64,000 bases of DNA, taken from NCBI GenBank assembly GCA_000004985.1, contig GG738893.1; one strand, written 5' to 3'. The notes beneath the pieces are model-generated. The model worked only from the letters and a program-made list of their open reading frames with translations, ran no database searches and was not told the DNA's origin. Positions within the stretch are counted from its first letter, which is position 1. Each line of letters opens with the position of its first letter. Positions 11,550 to 21,718 of this stretch are shown here, one piece after another. This DNA is from Naegleria gruberi. Lineage: Eukaryota. The position numbers and the translations under genes are program-made.

Positions 11550-12509
11550 TTAATAATTGAGAGTTATATTAATATTCACATTAAAGAGAGTAGTACCATC
11601 AAATAAGGCAAATACGAAAGGTCCATCTCTTGATTGTTTGACTGTGAATTGCACAAGTTGATTTCTCTTGGCTTGGATTTGATAATTTGCATTGTTTGGA
11701 TTCAATTGATATAGAGAAGGATTGGTAGAATATAATAATTGATAAGGATATGAATAATTAATGCCTGTTAGTTGGAATTTGACATTGACAGGTGTATTTT
11801 TTGGAATGAAATCTTTCTTGAATTGGATGAGATTGATTGTTTGATCGAAATTCAAGTTACTAAGGGAGAGTGAATTATCTTTCAAGGAATATTCAGTAGT
11901 AAAGTGGGTAAACAATTTTGGAAGAATGGTTAATGAAGCTTTAGAGTTTGAAAATAAACTAAAGTAAACGATTGTGAAATTGTGGATATCTCTAGAGAAT
12001 GAAACAGTTGCATTCAATCCAGAAGATTGGGAAACTGAATTGGCAGGTGTTGGATAACCACTTCTCAAAGAAGCATATACAGTAACTCCATCAAACTGAT
12101 TCTTTCCAATAAACGAAACTTGTGCAATATCATTTTCAGAAACTTGTGGATCCAAACTCATGTAAACATTATTAATCTTTGCTGCATGTACTTCAAACAC
12201 ATGACCATCCACTATCTCACTTGCATCCTCTGGAGTATCCTCCAACAAACATGCAGTTCTATGTCCATTACTTCTCTTGGATGGACACACATAACATGAA
12301 CTAGCACCAAATATTCCAGAAACACTTCCATGTGCACAATCATGTGATTTATCATCACCTGGACAGAATTTTCCTGGTTCACACTGATGACATGGAATAA
12401 AACTAAATTGTTTGTAATATCCAGGACCACATTCACTTGTCAGGATTGAACATGTGAAACATGCAAGGATAACGAACAGTGTTAAAGAAAAACTGAGAGA
12501 TGGTTTCAT
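11550..12509 (-). CDS. Secreted Cys-rich protein of unknown function (N-terminal ephrin-receptor-like / TNFR-like Cys-rich module)
   Basis: 319-aa single ORF. It has a signal peptide 'MKPSLSFSLTLFVILACFTCSILTS' and a Cys-rich block 'CGPGYYKQFSFIPCHQCEPGKFCPGDDKSHDCAHG...CYVCP'. The rest is N/S-rich with N-glycosylation sequons. Confidence 0.5.
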   Translation of the reverse strand: MKPSLSFSLTLFVILACFTCSILTSECGPGYYKQFSFIPCHQCEPGKFCPGDDKSHDCAHGSVSGIFGASSCYVCPSKRSNGHRTACLLEDTPEDASEIVDGHVFEVHAAKINNVYMSLDPQVSENDIAQVSFIGKNQFDGVTVYASLRSGYPTPANSVSQSSGLNATVSFSRDIHNFTIVYFSLFSNSKASLTILPKLFTHFTTEYSLKDNSLSLSNLNFDQTINLIQFKKDFIPKNTPVNVKFQLTGINYSYPYQLLYSTNPSLYQLNPNNANYQIQAKRNQLVQFTVKQSRDGPFVFALFDGTTLFNVNINITLNY

Positions 12510-13888
12510 TGATGTTTTTTTACACTTCTTTTCAGTGTGGTCAGTTCAGGTTGACCAAGGAGAGAAATAAAAGAACGAGTCCATCCTATGATTGCAATCT
12601 TTTTGAAAATGCAAAGATTTAGAATAGAAATTTTGTCAAACTTGAACGGAGTTTCAGATAATCATTTGTTGGTATCCACTACATATCTGATTCCTTAACC
12701 GTCAACGAATTGTTTTCTTCTCCCTAATTCGAATAATGATTTCAATTACAAAACGAAACGGGAAGCCTGCCAGGAATATGGCGACTATCCCGCTGCAGTC
12801 TTTGACTGCATGAACAGTGAAAATAAAAAACAGAAGAGTCCTCAACTTTGAGGACCCTCAGTTCTTTTTGTGTTTGGGATAACACAGAGAGGATGAAGTT
12901 ATAGAATTGGACACATGGCTGTGGATTTATTGGTTTTGGTAGGTGTGGCCAAAGTGAACTTGGGTTGTGGTTTGGAAATTTAGAAATTAAAAAAGTTCAT
13001 TTCTTGTGGTTTGGATGGAAACAAATGTTGAATCTTCTCACCTGTTAATTAACCTTCACCAATGTACGCGTAAGTTCATTTTTTGTAACTCTCCAAGTTT
13101 GTTCCGCGATCATGGTATTTTGGAACTTTAAAGAATGGAAATGTTCAATGTTTGGATTTCAGTCATTATATGCAAGGAAGGATATTACGGATCTGACAAG
13201 GTTTTGTTCATGTTTCACTGCTTAAACTTGTAAATGTACTTGAAGAATACATTCGGATCAAATTGTAAATTTGTTGCAACATCTTCAGAATCAAATAATG
13301 TTAATGAAAATATCCAAGTCTCTAACATCACAAAAGCTAGTACCCGTATAAATTTTTGGAGTGGTTACAAGGACATCAACAAAAGCTAGTAAGGCAAAAT
13401 TTTTAAAAATTAAAAAATTGAAATCAATCTTCACCCACAAGCCTTTTTTCGGATCATGTTGAAGAACATGTTATCTTTAAAAGAAGTTTTGCAAGCGGAA
13501 TGTGATTGGCCTTAACTATTCAATTTATTCTCTAATGATCATAAAATAATTATTGTTTATTAAGAAAATACAACAGGTTGAAATTTTCCCCATCACCATA
13601 ATGGATTAATTTCACTTCGTTATAATCATCATTCCACATTATTTGATTCCAAATCATCATACAAAATTCCTAACAGCAATATTCAAAATAATTATTACGC
13701 TCCAAGTACTTGCTCAACCTTCCATAATCAACCTCCAGCACAAATTATAATCACAGCGCCTATTCTTATCCCATTTGATTATCATAATTTGTTTGTATTC
13801 TCAACTGGCCTGTCAACAATAGTAACTGCACACAATTAACATGTTCAGCTATCACATTTATTCTAATCATCAGTAAAAAAAAACGAAA

Positions 13889-15445
13889 ATGAAGTTGACA
13901 TCTGCCATTGTCATGGCCATTTTGATGGCTGTGCTTTACGCTACATATGTTACCGCTTCCACAGATTCATTCGATGCATTGACAGATGCCATGGTCGAAG
14001 CAATCTATGCCAGAAGATTACCTAGATCTGGTGGAGGTGCCAGAGGTGGCTCAAGAGGAGGTGCCAGAGGAGGTGCTCGTGGAGGATCAAGAGGTGCTAG
14101 AGGAGGAGCCAGAGGTGGATCTCGTGGTGGTGCCAGAGGTGGTGCTAGAGGAGGTTCTCGTGGTGCCAGAGGTGGATCTAGAGGTGGTGCCAGAGGTGGT
14201 GCTAGAGGAGGAGCCAGAGGAGGATCAAGAGGTGGAAAAGCTGGTAAAGCTGGTAAAGGAGGTAGAGGTGGATCTAGAGGTGGTAAGGCCGGAAAGGGAG
14301 GAAAAGCTGGTAAAGGAGGAAAAGGAAAAGCTGGTAAGGGAGGAAAAGCTGGTAAAGGTGGAAAAGGAAAAGGTGGAAAAGCTGGTAAGGGAGGAAAAGG
14401 TAAAGGAAAAGGAGGTAAGGGTAAAGGTGGTAAAGGAAAAGGTGGAAAGGGAAAGAAGGATAAGAAGGGAAAGAAAGACAAGAAGGGAAAGAAGGATAAG
14501 AAAGATAAGAAGGGAAAGAAGGACAAGAAGGATAAGAATCAACAACAACAAGGTGGAGAACAAGGAGGTCAAGATGGTGGTCAACCAGGAGGTGAACAAC
14601 CACAACAACCAGAACAAGGAGGTGAACAACCACAACAACCTGAACAACCACAAGAACAACCACCAGTTGAACAACCACAACCTGAACAACCACAACAACC
14701 TGAACAAGCTCCAGTTGAACAACCACAACAACCTGAACAACAAGCTCAACCAGAACAAGCTCAACAACCTGAAGTTGCTCAACCACAAGCTCAAGAACAA
14801 CAACCACAAGCTCCAGTTGAACAAACTCAACAACCAGCTCAACAAGCTCCTGTTGAACAACAACCAATTGCTCAACAACCAGCTCAAGAACAAGCTCCAG
14901 TTGCTGCCCAACCTGTTCAAGAACAACCACAAGTTGCTCAACCTCAAGTTCAACAACCTGAAGTAGCTCAACAAGTTGCTCAAGAAGGTCCACAACCAAT
15001 TGCTCAACCTGATCAACCACAACCAGATCAACAAGTTGCTCAACAAAACCCAGACTTCCAACGTGCTCCACAATATGGTGACAAGCAAAGAATTGAATAC
15101 TTGAGAGGAATGATCAAGAAGAATATTTCCCCACAAGTTGCTCAACCAGAACAACAAGTTGCTCAACCTGAAGTAGCTCAACAAGAAGTTCCACAACCAA
15201 TTGCTCAACCTGATCAAGTTGCTCAACCAACTGAACAAACTCAACCAGCTAGAAGAACTAGAAAGTACAACAGAGGTGGTAACAGAAGAGGTACCAGAAG
15301 AAATCAATTCTCTCAAATTCCTGAATTTGGTAGATATTTCTTGGGTAATCAAGCTAAGGCTCAAAATGGTGATAACGATAGAATCAACTTTTTGAGAGGT
15401 TTGATTGATTTGCTCATTGCTCAAACTAAAGCTCAACAAAATTAA
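13889..15445 (+). CDS. Secreted low-complexity, charge-segregated repeat protein (RGG block, KGG block, KKD block, Q/P/E-rich block)
   Basis: 518-aa ORF starting with a hydrophobic signal peptide 'MKLTSAIVMAILMAVLYATYVTAS'. It then has about 15 'GG[AS]RGG' repeats, '(K[AG]GKGG)n', '(KKDKKG)n', a long 'QPEQPQQPEQ / VAQP(E/Q)' region, and two copies of a 'GD(K/N)xRI(E/N)(Y/F)LRG(M/L)I' motif. The ORFs overlapping it on both strands are repeat-shadow artefacts. Confidence 0.6.
   Translation: MKLTSAIVMAILMAVLYATYVTASTDSFDALTDAMVEAIYARRLPRSGGGARGGSRGGARGGARGGSRGARGGARGGSRGGARGGARGGSRGARGGSRGGARGGARGGARGGSRGGKAGKAGKGGRGGSRGGKAGKGGKAGKGGKGKAGKGGKAGKGGKGKGGKAGKGGKGKGKGGKGKGGKGKGGKGKKDKKGKKDKKGKKDKKDKKGKKDKKDKNQQQQGGEQGGQDGGQPGGEQPQQPEQGGEQPQQPEQPQEQPPVEQPQPEQPQQPEQAPVEQPQQPEQQAQPEQAQQPEVAQPQAQEQQPQAPVEQTQQPAQQAPVEQQPIAQQPAQEQAPVAAQPVQEQPQVAQPQVQQPEVAQQVAQEGPQPIAQPDQPQPDQQVAQQNPDFQRAPQYGDKQRIEYLRGMIKKNISPQVAQPEQQVAQPEVAQQEVPQPIAQPDQVAQPTEQTQPARRTRKYNRGGNRRGTRRNQFSQIPEFGRYFLGNQAKAQNGDNDRINFLRGLIDLLIAQTKAQQN
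14030..15250. repeat. Coding tandem repeats (about 24-27-nt RGG/KGG units, then 15-21-nt CAA/CCA-rich units) within gene 13889-15445
   Basis: Visible periodicity such as 'ggtgccagaggtggatctcgtggt...' and 'aagggaaagaaggataagaag'. Open reading frames appear in 5 of 6 frames across the region. Confidence 0.8.
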
Positions 15446-15813
15446 ATCTGAGTAAAATAAAGAGTAATGTTTAGATAAGATTTAAATTGAGCTAATTCAA
15501 TGCTTATATTTTTCATTCTCAATCACTTCAAAACCTGCTCTGTATTGAGAAAAATTAGTAAGGAAGAAATCTTCAATATAGAGTGCACAATTGATCATTC
15601 AGTTTGAGCACTATGAATACCTGTTGTTAAAAGTTCAGAGCATTCCTTTTTACAAAGAAAGTAGTCTTTCATATGTATGATTCTTCCAACAAAAGCACAA
15701 CTTATTATAAAATTGTTATATAATAACCGTAGTAGTGGATTGAATAGTCTCTTTCCTCCTGATTAAGGGAGTAGTTATAACCTTCAAATCAATTCAAAAA
15801 TTAACAAAAGATA

Positions 15814-15886
15814 CTCCCCCTGGTGGGCTCGAACCACCGACCTGCAGATTAACAGTCTGACGCTCTACCGACTGAGCTAAGGGGGA
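15814..15886 (-). tRNA. tRNA-Asn (anticodon GUU)
   Basis: The reverse complement gives 'TCCCCCTTAGCTCAGTCGGTAGAGCGTCAGACTGTTAATCTGCAGGTCGGTGGTTCGAGCCCACCAGGGGGAG'. It has a 7-bp acceptor stem, D-arm 'GCTC AGTCGGTA GAGC', anticodon loop 'CTGTTAA' (GTT), T-arm 'GGTGG TTCGAGC CCACC' and discriminator G. Confidence 0.9.
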
Positions 15887-16343
15887 TTATAGTTAGTGAA
15901 TTGCAGTTTGGATTAACACCACGAAGGTGCAGAACACATTGTGATTGTTTAAACACATTTTACAACAGTAGAGGGTTGGAATTATTGACATCAAAAAGTT
16001 CAACAATGGATGCTTTGAAAATCAGTCAATGAGGGCACAATTATTGAGATATGAACAAATTCTGGGCGAAATTTACAACATTTCCAAAACTACAGATTCA
16101 AGTTGGACAATATTTATCAAACTTGTAAGAAAGTTTTCAATTGCAAATAATATTCGAATAAAAATCAACTATTCATTCAATAATTATTCAATTTAGCATG
16201 TTTTTCGTTTTATTCCAAAACTTCAAGGGTGCCTTATTGACACAATAAAATTACAATTATTACTGGTACAATTAGTTCTCTAACGAAGATCCATCCAATA
16301 TTTACGCTGTGGATCCACAAAATCAAAATTCCAATTTGTTTAA

Positions 16344-16565
16344 CTAGCCATCCTGTGGTCCGTATCCCTTATTGGCACATTCCTGCTTTGAAGGAGCAAG
16401 CACCAACTCTACAATTGAAAATCTAATGTCATCATGTTTAATCAATTCACTCATGGCCGATCTATTATTGGCTCTTTTAATGTGATGTCCGAGGGATTTC
16501 CAAACTCCCTTTCCTTGTTTTCTGACAATTCCCTTTCTGCTATTGTTTGATCTGGTCATTTTCAA
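16344..16565 (-). CDS. Hypothetical small basic ORF (73 aa), unsupported by homology
   Basis: ORF only: 'MTRSNNSRKGIVRKQGKGVWKSLGHHIKRANNRS...'. It sits in an intergenic region near tRNA-Asn and could be spurious. Confidence 0.2.
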   Translation of the reverse strand: MKMTRSNNSRKGIVRKQGKGVWKSLGHHIKRANNRSAMSELIKHDDIRFSIVELVLAPSKQECANKGYGPQDG

Positions 16566-17296
16566 TTATGTGTTTAGTTGTTGGGTGTTGAAGGTGGTTG
16601 TTTTTTTTGATTTTGTTTCTAAAAATAAATTTTTGAAGTGCGAAATTTATTGAAATTTGCAAGAAATATTTTTAGCAAATGGAAAATGATCGGAATTTAT
16701 TACAATGCAGTGAAAGGTTGTATCTCAATAAAAACATGATGATTGCTCAATATTACTTTAAAGAAGAAATGGATGGATTAAAGCAGGAATTGAAGAATGT
16801 TGTTACTGAGGGTGAACAAGAATGTTGACACACTGTACCAACTCCTATTAGAGTAATTATTAAGAGAAAAATATAATATTGTCCCTTAAAGATATGTCAG
16901 TTTTCATTCAGAAAGAGACAATTACAAGAACAGGAGATGTACCTGATTGTGTTTGCAAACTTTAACTACTCAGTGAAGATGTGGCTAATTGTCAACACCA
17001 TCCAATAAAAACATATTGCTGATATGTTATTCTTTACTCCATCTCAACGACAATCTGTAGTGAGAGTTGAAAAGAAGAAAACAATCTGATAACTTCCCAA
17101 ACATTCAAACTGAAAAACTCAAACTCTAAAAAGCACTTTCAAATTTGAGTTACAAAATTCATGGGTGATGAACTTTGAACAAATTTCAAAATCAAAAAAA
17201 AATTCCAAACTCAAAAGTGCACAAAAACCTTTCAGAGTTTCGGAACGATCACAAAAAACAATCATTAAATAATCGGATCAACGCATTGATAGTGTA

Positions 17297-18949
17297 ATGA
17301 CTTCTATTTTTAATTTTTTCAAGAGTGGAGGAGCCTATTCAAAGAGTAGTACTGGAGCAGTGACGAATAGTAGTAGTGAATCTTCATCTTCTTCTGATAC
17401 TAGTAATAATAATAGTAATAGTAATAATGGAACTCCTTTGAGTAATCCTCCGAGTGTTGATAATAACAATGTAAATAATGTATCACCGAATGTAAACACC
17501 ACCACCAATGAGCAAAAATCCATGACAAGTCAGATTGTTGAGGGAAAGAGCATGATTTTGTCAATTCAACCTGGAGAGAGACCACTTTTTGATTCTGTCG
17601 ATTTGGCAGAATTGATCAAGTTGAAGGAACATTTACAATACAAACCAAGTGTTTTGAATTTGATTGCTGTTTATCAGGCAGAGATTCAAAAACACGTCGA
17701 GTATGGTGTTAAAAAATCAAACAAGAAGGTGCAAAACTATCAGATTGAGCCAGCTCCAACAAACACAAAATATGTCTATCTCACATCATCTGGTTTGCCG
17801 GGAGTATTCTGTACAAATAATGATATGATTGATTATAGTCACTATCAAGCTATTTCGAAAGGAAGATGTGTTTCTCATTCTTTCGATTCACAAGAGTTAT
17901 CGAAAATTGAGGAAGTATTGAAAAAGCAAACCTCAATTTCAGAAAATTCAACAATTGTAAATAAGCGAAATGAATTGGAAAATTTAGAAAAGCAATACAC
18001 TCGATTGATGAAAGAAAAGGATAAATTATTGATCGATAGAGCAGCTGTTCTTTCACTTGAGGAATTGGCCATAATTGAAGCAGAGGAAGGTAGCATCAGA
18101 AGAACCAATGGAGAAGATAATGATGAATGGGAAATTGAAAGAAAGAAGAGAATTATAGAAAATGAAAGAAAATTGATTGAAAAAAGATTGGTCGAAGCTA
18201 AAAAGCACAAAAATGTTCGCTTCTACTGCAAGGGAGAATTAGACTATCTCACCAAATGGAATGACCACTTTGTCAAGACGAACAGTGAGACCACACCAAA
18301 AGGCGTAGACCAATTGCTGAGATACAATTTCAGTCCAACCAATGTCTTTGATTTAGGTGCAGAAGAGATTCACTTTAGATTTTGTGAATCCCAACTTCAT
18401 AGACTTGCCTCCTCTCCAATGTATGGCTCTTCTTATCCAACTGCCAGGGTCGTAAAGGTTGACTACATTGTCAATCCGGTTATTATGAAGAGATTTAATG
18501 CATGTAAGCAGGAATTGGCTGAAAAGCATGGCTTTATGCTTGAAAGTATGAAGCCATTGCTCTTATTCCATGGTACATCAGATGCCAATATGGAGAATAT
18601 CTTAAAGACCAATTTTTTATTGAACAAAATTGGAAGTACAACAGATATGGGATATTATGGAAAGTAAGTTTCTTATTCTTATTTTGGATTTATTGACCTT
18701 TTTCTTAATAATAGAGGATTTTACTTTAGTGAATATCCTGGATTATCAATGGCCTATGCCAGAAATCAATATTTATTAATTTGTATGGTTTTGATTGGTA
18801 AGGCTTTCCACATGAATCAAGTAGAAACTGGTAGAGCTATCGAACCTGGCTATGATTCACACGTGGCTCCAGATGGTTGTAGTGAAGTTATTATTTTCAA
18901 TCCAGACCAAATCATTCCTCTTTACAAGATTGAATGGGCACAAAATTAG
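17297..18949 (+). CDS. PARP-catalytic-domain (ADP-ribosyltransferase) protein with low-complexity N-terminus and coiled coil; join(17297..18663,18715..18949)
   Basis: The C-terminal region reads 'LLFHGTSDANMENI...GYYGK|GFYFSEYPGLSMAY...YLLICMVLIGKAF...CSEVIIFNPDQIIPLYKIEW', an H-Y-E PARP-signature-like domain. A 51-nt intron (GTAAGT...AATAG) splits the catalytic domain. The frame is consistent with the provided ORFs 17297..18667 and 18749..18949. Confidence 0.75.
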
Positions 18950-19022
18950 TGAATTACAATTAAAAAAAAGTTTCTCAGATTTGGAAACAACCTTTGCAAT
19001 ATTTTTATTGATAAAGTTAAAT

Positions 19023-20884
19023 TTATGCAAAGAAATATTCCAATTTCACACTATTCTTTCCATTTACACAATTCAATTGAGAATGATCAATGAATGGTCT
19101 AGTCAACACTTGACCATTCAATACTACTTTAAGAATTTTTGGAGAATCTGGCTTAAAGTTATAAGATTCAATAGACAAGAAACAACCATTCTCTCTCTCC
19201 ACCTGAATACTCTCAAACAATGGAGATCCAACAAAATATTCACTAGAACCAGCTCTTGGATACAAACCAAGTGCTGACCACACAAACCATGCACTCATCG
19301 TTCCATAATCGTTATTTCCAGGCAAACCATCTGGATTCACACTGTATAATCTATCCATCATTTGTCTCACATAGTATTGAGTCAAATCTGCTCTGTCCAC
19401 ATAGTTAAACAAGTACATGCTCATTAGATCATGTTCATTTCCTCCCCAATAGAATGGATTTGGCAATACGGTGAATGGAAAGTCGAAGGAATCTTTTGCG
19501 AATTGTTCCAGTGCAGCAGTGAACTTTTCCTTTGATCCAAACAGGGAAATTAATCGTGGAATATCGTGTGGAACAAAGAATCTATAATGCCAGGCATCAC
19601 CTTCGACATTATAGATTATCGACTGTCCCATCCATCGGCAAATGTTAATTCTGGACAATTCCACTTTCCAGAAATTGATTTTGGACAGAAGAATTGTTCC
19701 TTCTCGTGCCACACATTCTTATAGAATTGAGAACGAGCAGTAAAGTTCAAATAGTCTGCAGTTTCGTTAAGGACCTTAGCAACGGAGGCAATGCATGAAT
19801 CTTCGTAGGAATAATCTAGAGTGAGAACTGCTCCAACTTGGGCAGATTCTTCTGGGACAAAACCAAGAGAATTATATTGAGCTGGATTGACTCTTCCAAC
19901 ATAATTGACTGGTTCATTAGATGTCTTTTTCATTGCTTGATACGTCTTTTGCATATTAATCTTTGAACTTCTCAATTGACCTTTTAGGAATGCTTCTGTA
20001 ATGATAACAATTGCATGATTTCCAACCATTGAACCAGTTTCTCCATTACAGAAAGGCCACTTTGGAAGGAAACCAACTTGATCATTGACTCTTATCAATG
20101 GTATGTGAAATATCCAAAATGATAAAAGATTCTTTCGATTGATCGTTGAAAGTATATCTGTGAATTCCAGAATAATAGCCACTGGTCAATTCTTCATCAA
20201 TGTCATATCTTTCCAAAGTAGTTCTGAAATAACCTGGTTGAACAAATTGAGTTTCCTTATTATAGGCCCTTACTTTTTTGTCTTTCAACAAGAAATCATA
20301 ACTCAATTCTCCCTTATATAGACAAACTGGCATTATTCCAATATTTCCCATATCTGGAATTCCTGCACCTACCAAACGCATATGTGAATGTAATCATCTG
20401 GATAGTAGAAACCACCTGGATGCTCAAAAGAAATCTCCAAATCGAAAGTATTAGTAGTATCAGGTCCAACTCTAATCATTCCATAAGGAGTTTGAGCCAT
20501 TGGACTCATGGTTCCAGAACCAAAGCCCTTGCCAGTTCCAATGAATGGATTCACGTATTTCATATTCTTGTTGCTGTCCTTCTTGAATTTTCTTCCACTC
20601 TTTCCGTTATGTTGTTGTTGAGTTTGTCCAAGATTGTCTGGATGGCCATGGACACGATTTTCCATATCTTGATGATCATCATGATGCATAATATTAATTG
20701 ATGGTTGCTTCATCATTTGTTGATGTGAATAAAACCTCATATTTTGTCTTGGTTGTTGCTGTTGATGATTCATCATTTGTATCATTCTTGATTCTACCAA
20801 CGTGATGATAACAATCAAAATGATCAATAGCATCTGCAGAAGAACATTCGTACGAATCGAACCATCTCTCATCTTCCTATTCAT
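19023..20884 (-). CDS. Glycoside hydrolase family 92 (alpha-1,2-mannosidase-like), type II membrane topology. Exon 1 is 20884..20416, then a 47-nt intron 20415..20369. Downstream frame breaks are unresolved.
   Basis: Blocks present: 'VNPFIGTGKG', 'FEHPG|AGIPDMGNIGIMPV' (restored across a GT...AG intron), 'GIHRYTFNDQSKESFIILDISH', 'NDQVGFLPKWPFCNGETGSMVGNHA', 'LGFVPEE...TLDYSYEDSCIA', 'RSQFYKN', 'NVEGDAWHYRFFVPHD', 'GNEHDLMSMYLF' and 'GLPGNNDYGTMSAWFVWSALGLYP'. Four overlapping ORFs in different frames. Two junctions (near 20085-20100 and 19625-19645) have no room for an intron. Confidence 0.7.
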
Positions 20885-21320
20885 CTCAATTTTTTCGCTT
20901 AATATCTTCTTTCAATATTAGTGATGTTAGTGTTATCAAACGGGAAGATAAATTGTGAAGGTTCATCATTGGAACAGTTAGCTACTTGGATTTTAGGAGC
21001 AATTACTGCATTTTGGTGTTACTTGAAAGTGGACTGTTGGGAGATTTGGAATTTTATTGGTGTGGTTATTATTTGTTGATATTATTTGTAAAGAATTTCA
21101 GGTCAGAGTAAACTTTGTTGATTAGCTCTATACCCAAAGAATTTCAAGTAATACATGTTTATTTTTCAAAACTAGAGGAAAATTGCAAACGATTCATGTA
21201 TAAAAATGTACAGTAGCTCCAAAGTTGATTAAGATTAAAACAAAAGCTGCAGAAGGTGGGATTTGAAGTTTGAATTTTAAAATATAAAAATATATGAAAA
21301 CAATACAATATTGATGAATA

Positions 21321-21492
21321 ACCTCACGGTGTTTGATGAACAGTCATTTAAAGTTTAAATTTTAGAATTAAAATAATGAAAATAACATCAAATTATCAAT
21401 AGCCAAGGAGTAACCCCATGGTGTTTGATGAACAGTGACTAAAAATTTGAATTTTAGAATAATTTTATCAACAACCATAGAGTAATCCCACG
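21321..21492. repeat. Tandem repeat, about 2.1 copies of an 80-90-bp unit beginning 'AACC(T/C)CA(C/T)GGTGTTTGATGAACAGT'
   Basis: Copy A spans roughly 21321-21411, copy B roughly 21412-21483, and a partial third copy starts 'aatcccacg'. About 80% identity by eye. Confidence 0.7.
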
Positions 21493-21539
21493 ATCTATTA
21501 CCATATATAGATAAAACCTTAATAAAAAAACAATAAAAT

Positions 21540-21609
21540 GGATTTGAACCCACGAAGCTTGCGCAGTAGAACTTGAGTCTACCCCCTTTGACCACTCGGG
21601 AACCCCTGC
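21540..21609 (-). pseudogene. tRNA-Leu(CAA)-like element. The 5' two-thirds of a class II tRNA are intact; the 3' T-stem and acceptor strand are missing.
   Basis: The reverse complement gives 'GCAGGGG TT CCC GAGTGGTCAAA GGG G GTAGA CTCAAGT TCTAC TGCGCAAGCTTCGT GGG TTCAAAT CC...' followed by 'ATTTTATT' instead of the complementary T-stem and acceptor. The anticodon is CAA. Confidence 0.55.
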
Positions 21610-21718
21610 TTCACATAAACAAAACCTTAATACGAGCAATTCTTTTAGATTTAGTGTAACCTAATTTATCGACAGATTGGTAAAAGATAGATATTTGTAA
21701 AGTTGTTTGGTTTTTTAT

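Noticed and set aside
12780-12960. U6 or other spliceosomal snRNA identity for the GC-rich hairpin island
   Set aside because: Only an ACAGAGA-like heptamer and a terminal T-run match. The 5' stem-loop, AGC triad, ISL spacing and length do not match U6 or U6atac. It is kept only as an unclassified ncRNA candidate.
13986-15439. Long ORFs on both strands and in alternate frames (13986..14966 +, 14005..14526 -, 14225..15439 -, 14274..15071 -)
   Set aside because: They lie entirely within the tandem-repeat region of gene 13889..15445. Translating periodic GC-skewed repeats gives open frames in most phases. Only the frame with the signal peptide, proper ATG and stop is credible.
18852-19277. Plus-strand ORF 18852..19277 (141 aa)
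   Set aside because: It overlaps the PARP gene's last exon and 3' UTR in another frame, and the GH92 gene's 3' end on the opposite strand. Its low-complexity translation has no homology signal.
20369-20430. Apparent frameshift between GH92 ORFs 20369..20884 and 20082..20381
   Set aside because: It resolves as a canonical 47-nt intron (CAG|GTGGTT...TTTGGTAG|G). Splicing joins 'FEHPG' to 'AGIPDMGNIGIMPV', reconstituting the conserved GH92 block, so it is not a frameshift.
21368-21639. ORFs 21368..21595 (-) and 21454..21639 (-)
   Set aside because: They overlap the tRNA-Leu-like element and the adjacent tandem repeats. Non-coding repeat DNA is the better explanation.
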